Shown in pieces: positions 29,036 through 39,251 of a stretch of DNA of 64,000 bases. Under the pieces are notes generated by a model that was not told where the DNA came from, did not search any database, and worked only from the letters and a program-made list of their open reading frames with translations. The position numbers and the translations under genes are program-made. Source of the DNA: Latescibacteria bacterium UBA6620 (lineage in GTDB: Bacteria > Latescibacterota > UBA2968); the NCBI GenBank assembly GCA_002433075.1, contig DJHM01000047.1:16037-80036 (forward strand). Direction: 5' to 3'. Position 1 is the first letter of the stretch. Every line of letters starts with the position of its first letter.

Positions 29036-30499
29036 ATGAGAAAAAAACTGCTTTTCCTGATTGCCGACCAGTGGCGGGCGGATGCGCTGGGCTGTGCCGG
29101 ACACCCGGTCGTCAAGACCCCGAATCTGGATGCACTCGCAGAAGAGGGTGTTCGATTCGAGCGCTGCTTCGTTCAGACGGCCCCGTGTGGACCGAGCCGG
29201 ATGTGCATCTTTACAGGTCGCTACCTATGTTCTCACCGCGCCATCCACAACAAGACGCCCCTGATGGATGCGGAGGACAGTCTGCCGACGTGGCTGAGAG
29301 AGGCCGGTTATGCTCCGCACCTGCTGGGCTACAACGACTATGCGGTCGATCCTCGCACGTTGCCACCCGAAGATCCGAGAACCCAGGGCCTGAGTTACGA
29401 CAACGTCCTCCCGGGCTTCGAAACGATTGTATACCACGAGTACGACAGCCCGGAATACTTCGCTTACCTTCGAGAACGGGGCTATCCCGAGCACCTGCTC
29501 AATCACAGCGCCATCCACAAGCCGAACATCCCGGACGACGGTCCGGGCGATCATCTGTCCCTGGTCTACCCGGCGCACTATGCCGCTGAGGATTCGGAGT
29601 GTCGATTCCTCACGAACCAGGCGATCGATTTCGTGGAAGCGAGGGAAGACGCGCCCTGGGTGCTGAACGTAAACTATATCAAGCCCCATCCGCCTCGGGT
29701 GTGCCCGGCGCCGTTCCACGAGATGTACGACCCAGGTAACATGCCACGTGCCGCCAGAGGGGAACACGAGCTGGACGAGTCGCACCCCTATCTCAGACAC
29801 ATCCACACCCATCCGGAGTTGACCGTAGACAGGGAGCTTCGGGAGACACAAGCCAACTACTACGGAATGATCTCGGAAGTCGACACTGCGCTGGGACTCC
29901 TTTTCGACAGTCTGAAGGCGTCGGGCCAATGGGATCGCACGACCATCGTGTTCAGCTCCGACCACGGGGAATACCTGGGCGATCACTACCTCACGGGCAA
30001 GGGCCACTTTTACGATGGCGCAATGCACGTTCCGTTGATCATTCGCGATCCCTCGGACCAAGCGAATGCAACTCGCGGCACCACAGTTTCCGACTTCGTC
30101 GAGTCGATCGACATTGCGCCGACCGTGCTCGATGCACTGGAGATCGACATTCCAGATCGGGTTCAGGGAAGGAGCTTGTGGCCTCGGGTGACCGGAGGGG
30201 CGAGCGGGGGCCGGAGAGAAATTCACTATGAGAAGGATTTCCGGCCGGTTGAGGGAATCGATGAGGATCGCTGCCTGCTCTGGGTGATCCGCGACGATCG
30301 TTACAAATACGTTCAATTCGCCGACGAATTGATGGCGCCGCTGCTCTACGATATTCAGGAGGACCCGGACGAACTGGACAACCTCGCCAGCCGTGGAGAT
30401 GTGACTCATTTGCTTGTCGAATACTGTCAGCGTCTGCTGCGCTGGCGAATGGCGCACGAGGACCAACGTATGGAACGGTGGGCGTCGACGTTCAAGTAG
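29036..30499 (+). CDS. Cys-type sulfatase.
   Basis: LLFLIADQWRAD, formylglycine motif TAPCGPSRMCIFTGRY; ATG at 29036 after GGGAAG. Confidence 0.85.
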   Translation: MRKKLLFLIADQWRADALGCAGHPVVKTPNLDALAEEGVRFERCFVQTAPCGPSRMCIFTGRYLCSHRAIHNKTPLMDAEDSLPTWLREAGYAPHLLGYNDYAVDPRTLPPEDPRTQGLSYDNVLPGFETIVYHEYDSPEYFAYLRERGYPEHLLNHSAIHKPNIPDDGPGDHLSLVYPAHYAAEDSECRFLTNQAIDFVEAREDAPWVLNVNYIKPHPPRVCPAPFHEMYDPGNMPRAARGEHELDESHPYLRHIHTHPELTVDRELRETQANYYGMISEVDTALGLLFDSLKASGQWDRTTIVFSSDHGEYLGDHYLTGKGHFYDGAMHVPLIIRDPSDQANATRGTTVSDFVESIDIAPTVLDALEIDIPDRVQGRSLWPRVTGGASGGRREIHYEKDFRPVEGIDEDRCLLWVIRDDRYKYVQFADELMAPLLYDIQEDPDELDNLASRGDVTHLLVEYCQRLLRWRMAHEDQRMERWASTFK

Positions 30500-30585
30500 C
30501 GGAACGAGGAATTCCGCTGGCTGAAGGCGGATTCCTGTATCTTACTCAGGTGGGGCGTAAGTCAGACCTTTAATGTATCCAGGGT

Positions 30586-31500
30586 ATGGAAGATATTCTC
30601 GGTGACATCAAGTCTTCGGTCAGACAGCTGACCGGGGAACTCGAAAATTTCCAGGACATCGCGCGGTACATCAAGCCGTTGGCCGGAGAGCTACCCAAGC
30701 TTCCGGGACTCGACGTTTACGGCGATACGATTCCGTTGAACGCAATCGTCGGTGGCGACCACATTCTCTACGTGGACTTCAGTCGGCGATACGACCTCGA
30801 TGCCAGAATCGCTCAGGCGAAGAAAGAAGGTCGGGGCCAGGTTGCGAGAAACCTTGAAACCTGTCGTCACCGGGCGGGCATCGCGATCGCCGATGTTTCG
30901 GGTCATCAGATCACGGATGCGCTTCTCGCGGCGATGCTCCACCAAGCGTTTCTCCTGGGCGTCATCTATGAGCTGGATTACCACGGCACGGTGACGGAAC
31001 AGCTGTTCGAGAACCTCAATACTCGGTTTTACAACTCCTCGAGTGTTAGCAAGTTCCTGACGATGCTTTACGGCGAAATCGACGAGGACGGCACGTTCCG
31101 ATTCCTTTCAGCGGCACATCCTCCCCCGGTCATTTTCTCCCGGAAGTTCCAGAAGATTGTCGAGGTTCCGAAGCAGCGGACCTTCCCGCCGATCGGGACT
31201 CTTCCATCGGGCCAGGACATCGACCGCCGGAATAACAGAAGTGTACTGGGATACAAGGATCCCTACCGGTTGAATGAACTCGACCTGATCGGGTCGGGCG
31301 ACACCATGCTGCTTTACACGGACGGACTGTTGGAGCACATGAAGGGAGAGGTCTGCTACTTCCCGGGGCGCTTGGAAGAGATCCTGCACAAAACGAAGGA
31401 AGAGAGTGCGCAGGAAATCTTCGACGCCATTCGTGAAGATATGTTGGACTTCGCTCGCCCTGAAGACGATATCAGCTTCGTGGTGATCAAACGAAACTGA
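30586..31500 (+). CDS. PP2C-type (SpoIIE/RsbU-like) serine phosphatase.
   Basis: GGDHILYVDF, IADVSGHQITDALLAAML, LLYTDGLLEH. Confidence 0.7.
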   Translation: MEDILGDIKSSVRQLTGELENFQDIARYIKPLAGELPKLPGLDVYGDTIPLNAIVGGDHILYVDFSRRYDLDARIAQAKKEGRGQVARNLETCRHRAGIAIADVSGHQITDALLAAMLHQAFLLGVIYELDYHGTVTEQLFENLNTRFYNSSSVSKFLTMLYGEIDEDGTFRFLSAAHPPPVIFSRKFQKIVEVPKQRTFPPIGTLPSGQDIDRRNNRSVLGYKDPYRLNELDLIGSGDTMLLYTDGLLEHMKGEVCYFPGRLEEILHKTKEESAQEIFDAIREDMLDFARPEDDISFVVIKRN

Positions 31501-31527
31501 GTCCTTGTTCGATTCGCAGCATCGACG

Positions 31528-31562
31528 GCCCCGGAGGTAGACCTCCGGGGCTGTTTTGATTT
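31528..31562 (+). terminator. Intrinsic terminator after the phosphatase gene.
   Basis: GCCCCGGAGG taga CCTCCGGGGC followed by tgTTTTgaTTT. Confidence 0.6.
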
Positions 31563-31617
31563 CCGGCCTACTCTACAGAGCTTGTGCACCCACGCGGTCC
31601 CAGACAAGGAGCAATAC

Positions 31618-32650
31618 GTGGCACAGCCGACCATCACGCAGATCGAGATTGTTCAGTTCGAGCATCAGATTCAGGGTATGGGTACGGACTATAATGGCTT
31701 CAATATGGTCTATGAAAAGGGTGGGACCCTGCCCCAACGTCCTGGCATCTTCCGGGTTCACACGAGTGAAGGGATCGTCGGTGAATACTTGGGAGGTCGG
31801 GTTGCTCAACTGGACTCGGTGGCCGGATATCTGATCGGGAAAATCCGTTCGAGCGTGAGAAGATCTACAATGATCTCAAGCGAGGGCTCAGACACACAGA
31901 CCGGACCGCGATCTGCATGGTGGACGTCGCGCTGTGGGACATTGCTGGGAAGGCGTATGGTGTACCTATCTACCAGATGCTCGGGGGCTATAAAGAGAAA
32001 ATCCCTGCTTACGCGAGCACGTAGCACGGGGACGAAAATGGTGGGTTGGATTCAGCGGAGGCCTTCGCAGATTTCGCCCTGCAGTGTCGGGATCTGGGAT
32101 ACCCGGCGTTCAAGATTCACGGCTGGGGGGACGGGCCGATCAAGAGGGAAATGCAGACCGTGCTCGAGACACGCAAGCGCGTGGGAGACGACATGGATCT
32201 GATGATCGATCCGGCCTGCGAATACGATACCTGGGCGGATGCGTTGAAGGTAGGACGGGCTTGCGACGACGCGAGGTTCTTCTGGCTCGAGGACGCCTAC
32301 AAGGATGGCGGTGTGTCGGCGTTCGCACACAACAAGCTGCGCGGCCTCCTGAAGACACCCCTCCTGCAGACGGAACACATCTTCGGGCTCGAACAGCACG
32401 TCGATTTCATCGTGAGCGGGGGTACCGACTTCGTTCGATCCGGAACACGAATTACTACGAGCTTGGTCTGCTGAATCCAAAGGTCAAGCAGACCAAGCCA
32501 CGCGTGTATCTAGAGGTCTTCCTCGATGAATTGGAATGCGTGGACGAGACAGGCCACGTCGTCGTTCCCTAGGGACCCGGTCTGGGCGTGGATCTGGATT
32601 GGGACTACATCACCGGTCACGAAGTAAGCCGGATCGTTCGGCCCGAGTGA
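31618..32650 (+). pseudogene. Enolase-superfamily (MR/MLE, sugar-acid dehydratase-like) gene with multiple lesions.
   Basis: GTG start after AGGAG. Frame 1 reads VAQPTITQIEIVQFEH...GYLIGK. A -1 shift in an A4 run (31840-31843) leads into PFEREKIYNDLKRGLRHTDRTAICMVDVALWDIAGKAYGVPIYQMLGG...AYAST*HGDENGG...KIHGWGDG...DLMIDPACEY...FFWLEDA. TAG at 32022-32024. A second break near 32440-32460 leads into ...ELGLLNPKVKQTKPRVYLEVFLDELECVDETGHVVVP*GPGLGVDLDWDYI, with TAG at 32570-32572. Confidence 0.7.
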
Positions 32651-32683
32651 GGCCATCTTGCCCGGCCAGGCACTTCATCCTAT

Positions 32684-33094
32684 TTGCAGGAATTGCCCGA
32701 ACCCGAGGAACGCGTGCCGAACTCCAGCTATACAATACTTTCGGTCGACAACGACCTGCCGATCCGGGAGATGATCGTCGAGATCGTCGAGTCGCTCGGC
32801 CATCGCTGCCTGCAGGCTGGCAACGCACGGCAGGCGATCGAAACGCTGCAGAAGAATGACGTTGATCTCATTCTCCTCGATATCCACACGCCCGGTGCGC
32901 GGGGCCACCAGTTTCTGAAGTTTATTCGAGACCGAGGGATTTTGACGCCGGTCGTCATCGTGTCCGGCTACGTGCAAAAAGAGGTCCTGGCTCAGGTCAA
33001 GGATCTCGACGTGCGTTCCGTTCTGGCCAAACCGATTCGCGTCGAGCGGTTGACAGAGGAACTCGACAAGGTGTTCGCGCCTCCCAAGCTGTGA
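32684..33094 (+). CDS. Stand-alone response-regulator receiver (CheY-like) protein.
   Basis: TILSVDNDLPIREMI...DVDLILLDIHTPG...VVIVSGY...LAKP. Confidence 0.8.
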   Translation: MQELPEPEERVPNSSYTILSVDNDLPIREMIVEIVESLGHRCLQAGNARQAIETLQKNDVDLILLDIHTPGARGHQFLKFIRDRGILTPVVIVSGYVQKEVLAQVKDLDVRSVLAKPIRVERLTEELDKVFAPPKL

Positions 33095-33117
33095 AACGAG
33101 AAAACGAGCACGTGAAA

Positions 33118-33149
33118 GGGCCCCGGAGATCCGGGGCCCTTGTTTTTTT
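33118..33149. terminator. Intrinsic terminator between the convergent REC and sulfatase genes.
   Basis: GGGCCCCGG agat CCGGGGCCC followed by TTGTTTTTTTA. Confidence 0.65.
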
Positions 33150-33173
33150 ATGGTAGTAGGACCGTTCCCAGGG

Positions 33174-34694
33174 TCAGGTCCAATCGTCGAGGTCGTTGGA
33201 CAGGTCGCTGCTCAGAACCTCGGACCGATAGAGCGGTGCATCTGCCTCGACCAGCCGTCCGTCACCCAGCACGATCTGGTTCGGCGTTTGGGGATGGATA
33301 CGGGCGGGATAGCGCGATTTCCGATCAGCCGTTTCCTGCTTGCGTCTCTCCTCGACGTCTTCGAAGCTGAATCCTTCCATCAGGTGATCTTTCAAATCCG
33401 ACCTTTCGTCGCCCGATTCCAGCACGTTGACCTGCTCGTCTGGATCCGATTCGAGATCGAAGCATAGATCGGGGCAGTCCCTGAAGGCGATGTACTTGTG
33501 ACTGCGCGTTCTGAGCATCCTGAATTCCGTACCCTCTCCCCAGCGTGGTACCAGGGCTTCGGTAATGACGCCGGGGCGTTCAACCAGGGTAGCGCACGTT
33601 CTCCCGTTCACGCCATTCGTGAGATCCAGACCATCCAGACCTTTCGGCGGATCGATCCCTGACAGACCGCAGAGGGTGGGGAAAAGATCGGCGAGACTGA
33701 CGGGATCGTCGATGGTGGTCGCGGCCAGTTTTCCCTCGCGATGAGCAGGTGTCGAGATGATGAGCGGCACCCGGGAAGCCCCCTCGTGCCACGTGTTTTT
33801 CCACCAGAGCCCGTGTTCTCCAGCCAGTTCGCCATGATCGGATGTGTAGACGATGATGGTGTTGTCGAGTAAACCATCGTTGTCCATTACGGCTAGGAAG
33901 TCACCCAGGATCTCATCCAGAAAATCGACAGCGGCAAAGTAAGCCGCTCGCGCTTTACGACCCTCCTCGGGTTCCACCTCTGCCGTTCTGAATCCCTTGA
34001 TTGCTCCGAGAGTCATGGGGTGGTCCGCACTGTCGCCCGATCGTCCGACCCGCGGTTCGGAGACGCCCTTTGGGTAGTAGCGATCGAAGAAACGCTGGGG
34101 GGCCGTCAGCGGGAAGTGGGGCCGACTGAAGGAGGTGTAGAGCAGCCAGGGCTGGTCCGGATCACGGTGACGTTGTTCGCGTGCCCAGGAGATGGCGGTT
34201 CGGGCCACGGCGTGCTCTTGAAGCAGGGCTTCGGGGATGTCACTGACCCCGGCATCCAGCGTTCGAGATCGCATGCCTCCGTCGGCGGACAGGGGATCGG
34301 GTTGGTGCGCACAGGGCCCGCCGAAATCGCCGTAGGGCCGGTCGCCGAACCCTGCGGTCTGGAGCGATCCCCCGATGTGCATCTTGCCGATGGTCGCAGT
34401 TGCGTATCCATTCCGTCCAAAGTGTGATCCAAAGGTGGGCAACTCGGGGTGCAGAACCGACCCATTGCTCCACGCCCCACACCGGTGAGAGTGGCGTCCT
34501 GTCAGCATCGAGATGCGACTGGGCGTGCACAGAGGCATCTGGCAATAGGCTGCGTCGAAGTGGGTCCCTCGTTCGATGAGTCCGTCGAGTGTGGGCGTGT
34601 TGCAGGGTTCCCCTCCTCTGTCACGAGAACGGGCTGAGAGGTATCGGAACGAGTGCTCGTCGCTATGGATGAAGAGAATGTTGGGTTTTGACAC
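33174..34694 (-). CDS. Cys-type sulfatase.
   Basis: NILFIHSDEH, formylglycine motif CQMPLCTPSRISMLTG. Probable GTG start at 34694, which lies 7 nt after AAGGAG and 1 nt after the TGA of the upstream membrane-protein frame. Confidence 0.8.
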   Translation of the reverse strand: MSKPNILFIHSDEHSFRYLSARSRDRGGEPCNTPTLDGLIERGTHFDAAYCQMPLCTPSRISMLTGRHSHRCGAWSNGSVLHPELPTFGSHFGRNGYATATIGKMHIGGSLQTAGFGDRPYGDFGGPCAHQPDPLSADGGMRSRTLDAGVSDIPEALLQEHAVARTAISWAREQRHRDPDQPWLLYTSFSRPHFPLTAPQRFFDRYYPKGVSEPRVGRSGDSADHPMTLGAIKGFRTAEVEPEEGRKARAAYFAAVDFLDEILGDFLAVMDNDGLLDNTIIVYTSDHGELAGEHGLWWKNTWHEGASRVPLIISTPAHREGKLAATTIDDPVSLADLFPTLCGLSGIDPPKGLDGLDLTNGVNGRTCATLVERPGVITEALVPRWGEGTEFRMLRTRSHKYIAFRDCPDLCFDLESDPDEQVNVLESGDERSDLKDHLMEGFSFEDVEERRKQETADRKSRYPARIHPQTPNQIVLGDGRLVEADAPLYRSEVLSSDLSNDLDDWT

Positions 34695-34695
34695 G

Positions 34696-35830
34696 TCAAG
34701 GCTCCTTCGGCGATGTGCGAGATGGTTCTTTCGTTGGATACGTTCGCGAGTTCCGACGGCCCCAGGCGAGGAGGCCCGCCAACAACAGGGCATCGAAGAT
34801 CAGGAGAGATTTTCTGAGGAGCGACAGATTGCCGGAGATGTCTATCGTCTCCGCCGGGAATCTCGATGACGGCGAACCCCGCGGCGGTCATCCGCGTCTC
34901 GACTGGAACGCCGTCGACGCGCACACTCAGATCAGGGTAGTAGCCGTAGGCGAGTCGGGCAAAGCAAGGCCGGTTCGTGGAAACACTCAGCAACGCGGCC
35001 ACCGCTAGGCTGCCCAGCACAATCCACCGCTGCCAGTCTGTCCCTCCGCCTGCTCGGTGTAGACAGTAGAAGGGGAGTGGGAGCAGCGTGTAGGACAGCG
35101 ATGTGGGATAGCCGCCCATAATCAGGTCGTGCTGGAGGTGCCAGAAAGCCAGGACATACACCAGCCCGGCGAACAATCCCGCCCGCCGGCAGTTGACCAC
35201 GGCGCGAACGAACTGATACATCGTGAATCCTGAAAGGATGTGAGTGGCGCCGAGCGTGATCTTTGTGGTGACGTGAAGGTCCCCCGAAATCGCCCCGATG
35301 ATTCCTGCGATGTAGAAATAGAGGAAGCCGTAGAACTGCAGAAATGGGGTACCCGCGGCGACCAGGGGCGTCGAGACCGGCAGGATCCCCTGGGCGAGTC
35401 CCTCACTGGCGATCCAGACATAGAGGGTGTGGAGCGCTGAATCGGCGGCCCAGCTGAGATCGCCGGGCGTGAAGTAGTAGCGAGCGGCTACGATCGAGAA
35501 CAGGACAACCCACACCCGGGCACGCGCATCGCGATCTGTGACCCAGGTGAGGAATACGGTCCACCGGCATGCAACCACTTCGAGGACGAGAAAGGCCGTT
35601 GCGCACAACCCGAAAAGGCCGACGAGGGTCAGGTCGAGAAGCGTCCACTCAATGTCGCGCAGGCGACTGACATATTCACCGATCGGGCCTCTGTAACTCG
35701 TCAGGATGACCCACAGCTTTGTCACGGTCGTGAACTGAAGGACAAGCAGCAGGACGCAGCACGCCGATACGAGAAGAAGCGTCTCTCTCGGGGGCTGCGG
35801 AGTTTCAGTGGAAGGAGGCGAGGCCACCAC
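34696..35830 (-). pseudogene. Short paralogue of the upstream GT-C-like polytopic membrane protein, with a 1-nt frameshift near 34835-34850.
   Basis: Shares HTLY.WIA.E.L..GILP..TPLVAAGTPFLQFYGF and C-terminal CFARLAYGYY...VDGVP...AAGFAVIEIPGG with the 802-aa gene. After IEIPGGDD the paralogous sequence IDISGNLSLLRKSLLIFDALLLAGLLAW (TM helix) continues only in the +1 frame and ends at TGA 34696-34698. The ORF-track frame instead runs on as low-complexity sequence to 34502. The GTG start overlaps the upstream TAG (taGTG). Confidence 0.5.
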
Positions 35831-38238
35831 TAGCTACGAGCGGTTAACGCGACGGCCGACGATCGATGGCGATGGATCCAGATGAGACAACCGAGGCTGG
35901 TAAGTCCCACGATGATCCAAAGGATTCTACGCAAAGCCGACGTTCCGCCGGTGATATCTAGGATGTTTTCGCCGGGTTCCAGGCGAATGGCCACGAATCC
36001 GTCAGCTGTTTCGTGGATGGAAGCCGGCCGCCCGTTCACCAGAATCTGCAGGTTCGAGTAGTAGCCGAAGGCGAGCCGCGCAAAACAGGTAGAGGATACC
36101 TCGGTGACCAGACGAACCCGATCGACTCGAACTTCGTAGTCAGTCAAGGTCGTGGTCAGCTGCCCGCCCGATGAGATGTGGGTTGTGGGACCTGTGACCG
36201 GTATGTGATCGGTGAGATGTCTTTCCCGGTCGACGTTCATCTCCTTCACGAGGTCGAACAGTTCCGACTCCGAACCGGGAGTCAGAGCCGGCTGGTGAAC
36301 GAGCGAGGAGGACACGACCAGCGGGCTGTGTGTGTTCAACGTCAGTTCGATTGTACCTCGTCTCGTCGCGTCGCCGACCGGTGTCAGGTGGTAGCGAGCG
36401 CCCGCCAGGTAGAGGGCATCGAGGAGCACGCGGGCCGAGTCCGATGTTGCCAGCCAGTTGTTCAGATAGGCACCGTGCCGGACGACTTCGCGCTCCACGA
36501 GGGGGATCAGCGGTCGTAGGAACCGATCGGCCGAAGGCGGGTGTTCGACGTAGACGCCTGCGATCGTGGGTGTTCGTGTCGACGCCACGAGGGTGCCGTT
36601 GCGCGGGGGGTATGTGTGAACCATCCGTTCGAGGGGATACGTCTCGGGTTCGTGTCGCGCTCCCATGCTTGCCAGGTGATCGTAGAGAGGGGCGGATATC
36701 CTGGACACGGTGCGGGGTGTGGAGAAGTGGTAGGGTTGTCGAAAGGTTGTGGGCATCAGGTCCAGACTGACCAGGAGCAGCCCGATGGAGAGGACTGTCG
36801 ATGGGCGTTGGCGCACGATGCGGGCGAGAGGCTTAAGGGCCAGGCCCGCAAGCAGGGAAACGAACAGGAGGAGGAAGGTTTCGTACCGGCCGGCGTTCTG
36901 GGCATACAGAAATGGCAGGTCCCGGATGACGGGCCAGCGATAGGCGAAGATAAAGGTCCACGCGAGGACGAATCCGGAAACGGAGAACCAGAATGCAACG
37001 GGCGGCCTTGGCGTCTTCCGACGAACCACCGTTGCCGCAATCCCGGCGAGTGACAGGAGGACGGCGGACAGACCGATATATCCTCCGTACCAGTTGTATT
37101 CATCGCCGACATCTGCCAGTCCTGTGTTGTAGTTGGACCAGAGAAGGATCTGTGCGAGGGAGGGATCTGGCAGTCCTGACAGGCTGAACCCGGAACTGAG
37201 GTAAGTTTCGCTCCTTTCGAACACCAGGGGAACGGTCAGGACGGAAGACAGCAGGAGCGCGACGATGATCGATCCGGCGCCCTTCGGCAAGGTGTGCTCG
37301 CGCTGGTCGGGTGCGAGGAGCCAGTTGAGGCCGACGAAGATCAGGAAGAAGGTGCCCGCCCAGACTCCGTAACCGGGATGGATGAGCATCAGGAGGGCCA
37401 GGGCGAGGCCTGCGATGATGGTCTTGCCCGGTTTGTTTCCCTGCTCGAGGGCTGAGGAAAACGCCCAGAAAGGGAGGGGGAGCAGGGCGTAGATCAGGGC
37501 CACCGGATACCGCCCCATGACGAGCACCTGCTGAGTATGCCAGAATCCGAGCACGTAGACTGCCGCCGCTAGGAGACCGGCTCTCCGACTGCGACTGATC
37601 TGGTGGCAGAGAAGAAAGACGGTCAGGCCAGAGGCAATGTGCGCGCCGCCGAGGACAAGCTTCAGTGTGACGTGGAGATCCTTAATCAGGGTGTAAACGA
37701 CCGCTGATACCCAGAAGAACACGAATCCATAGAACTGGAGGAACGGGGTTCCGGCCGCGACGAGAGGCGTCCAAGTTGGCAGGATGCCGGAGACAAGGGC
37801 CTCGCCAGCGATCCAGGCGTAGAGCGTATGGTAGGCCGCGTCGGCAGTCCAGGTTAGCCGCCCGGGTGAAAAGTAAAACCGGGCAGATACACATCCACCG
37901 AGGATCACGAACAGGCGGGCCCGGCGATCGGTGGAGACTGCGGCGTCGATGAACCGGGTCCAACTCCGGTGGCGGATTTCCTGGTAGAGGAGTGAAGCGG
38001 TAAGAAGGACGAGAACGACGCCTGCGGATCGGTCGAAGACGGACCAGGGTAGCCCTCTTAGCGCGGAGAGGAATTCGGACGGGTGGTCGAAGCGCGTGGT
38101 CTGGGTGATGACAGGCCACAGTTTGGGGACGGTCGTCCATTGAAGCAGAATCAGGAGGGCAGAGGCAGAGGCGGCAAGGAGGAGCGCGTCTCGTGGGAAC
38201 CTCGAGGGCTCGGGCAGAGTGGGTGAGGCGTCATCCAC
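35830..38238 (-). CDS. Polytopic membrane protein (802 aa), GT-C-like/YfhO-like glycosyltransferase candidate.
   Basis: About 14 TM segments plus a C-terminal soluble domain that ends in a TM helix. Paralogous to 34696..35830. Confidence 0.55.
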   Translation of the reverse strand: MDDASPTLPEPSRFPRDALLLAASASALLILLQWTTVPKLWPVITQTTRFDHPSEFLSALRGLPWSVFDRSAGVVLVLLTASLLYQEIRHRSWTRFIDAAVSTDRRARLFVILGGCVSARFYFSPGRLTWTADAAYHTLYAWIAGEALVSGILPTWTPLVAAGTPFLQFYGFVFFWVSAVVYTLIKDLHVTLKLVLGGAHIASGLTVFLLCHQISRSRRAGLLAAAVYVLGFWHTQQVLVMGRYPVALIYALLPLPFWAFSSALEQGNKPGKTIIAGLALALLMLIHPGYGVWAGTFFLIFVGLNWLLAPDQREHTLPKGAGSIIVALLLSSVLTVPLVFERSETYLSSGFSLSGLPDPSLAQILLWSNYNTGLADVGDEYNWYGGYIGLSAVLLSLAGIAATVVRRKTPRPPVAFWFSVSGFVLAWTFIFAYRWPVIRDLPFLYAQNAGRYETFLLLFVSLLAGLALKPLARIVRQRPSTVLSIGLLLVSLDLMPTTFRQPYHFSTPRTVSRISAPLYDHLASMGARHEPETYPLERMVHTYPPRNGTLVASTRTPTIAGVYVEHPPSADRFLRPLIPLVEREVVRHGAYLNNWLATSDSARVLLDALYLAGARYHLTPVGDATRRGTIELTLNTHSPLVVSSSLVHQPALTPGSESELFDLVKEMNVDRERHLTDHIPVTGPTTHISSGGQLTTTLTDYEVRVDRVRLVTEVSSTCFARLAFGYYSNLQILVNGRPASIHETADGFVAIRLEPGENILDITGGTSALRRILWIIVGLTSLGCLIWIHRHRSSAVALTARS

Positions 38239-38245
38239 GCGATGA

Positions 38246-39238
38246 TCAGCGCGTCCAGTCGAAAAGCACGCCGAGCGTGTCGACTGGGGTTTCGGCGAGT
38301 TCGTCGTAGACTTCCTGGCAGGACTCCGGAACGTGGGTGTGCGTGATCAGGTCGTCGAGGTCGAGACGGCCCACGGCCATGAGGTGGAGCACCAGGTCGC
38401 GCTCCCGCTTCTTATAGAAGCGATAGTAGATGTGGTCGTCATCCGGGGTCTTCGGCTGGTGGGCGCCGAGGATGGACACTTCACGGAGGTGGACGTTCGT
38501 GAGGAAATCCATGTCGACGGTACCGCGCGGGGATCCGAGCGCGACGACCCGGCCTCCCTGGCAGGCGAGTGCGGCCGCAGTCGGGTAAACGACAGGTTTT
38601 CCGGTCGATTCGAGGACGATGTTGGCACCATCCTCTGCACAACGGCTTCTGATCTCTTCGATCAGGTCGACTTTCTCCGGATGGAGGGCGATGTCGCAGC
38701 CGTTTTGGATAGCTTTTTCGATTCTGAAGGCGTCGAGATCGATCCCGATCACGGGGAGGCCACCAGAGAGTCTTGCCAGCTTGGCTGCGATCTGGCCGAC
38801 GAGACCCAGACCGAAAACGACGACCGATTCTCCCAACTGGACTTGGGCGACCCGGATGCCGTGGAGGGCGATGGCGCTCATGACCGTAAAGGCCGCCTGT
38901 CGTGGGTCCACGGCTCCTGGTACACGGTTGTAGCTCGTGCGAAGGACGGCGTGACTTGCGTGGTTCCCCTGCCCCGCGACGAGGTCGCCTGTCTGGATTC
39001 CCTCTACATCGGACCCGACCTCGAGCGCCCTTCCAACGCTGCAATATCCCGTCACGCGCGGAAACATCGATTGGCGTCCGGGTTCGCTGCCGTGAATCCA
39101 ATTGTAGACTTCGGTCCCGATCGAGACCGCCGTGTAGAGATTTTCGACAAGGAGCCCGTCAGATGGAACCGGGCCCGGGTCATATGACTCGACCTCGATT
39201 TTTCGCCGGTCCGGGCAGATCAACCTTCGTGCATTCAT
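38246..39238 (-). CDS. Medium-chain dehydrogenase/reductase (Zn-dependent alcohol/threonine/sorbitol dehydrogenase family).
   Basis: VVVFGLGLVGQIAAKLARLSG NAD-binding GxGxxG; N-terminal GroES-like domain. Confidence 0.8.
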   Translation of the reverse strand: MNARRLICPDRRKIEVESYDPGPVPSDGLLVENLYTAVSIGTEVYNWIHGSEPGRQSMFPRVTGYCSVGRALEVGSDVEGIQTGDLVAGQGNHASHAVLRTSYNRVPGAVDPRQAAFTVMSAIALHGIRVAQVQLGESVVVFGLGLVGQIAAKLARLSGGLPVIGIDLDAFRIEKAIQNGCDIALHPEKVDLIEEIRSRCAEDGANIVLESTGKPVVYPTAAALACQGGRVVALGSPRGTVDMDFLTNVHLREVSILGAHQPKTPDDDHIYYRFYKKRERDLVLHLMAVGRLDLDDLITHTHVPESCQEVYDELAETPVDTLGVLFDWTR

Positions 39239-39251
39239 ATCCGTATCCGTT

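Noticed and set aside
29225-30466. 413-aa minus-strand ORF
   Set aside because: Antisense to the sulfatase at 29036..30499, which carries the formylglycine motif.
30500-30585. GGAATTCC-centred palindrome after the sulfatase gene as a terminator
   Set aside because: Short ambiguous stem without a following U-tract; more likely incidental.
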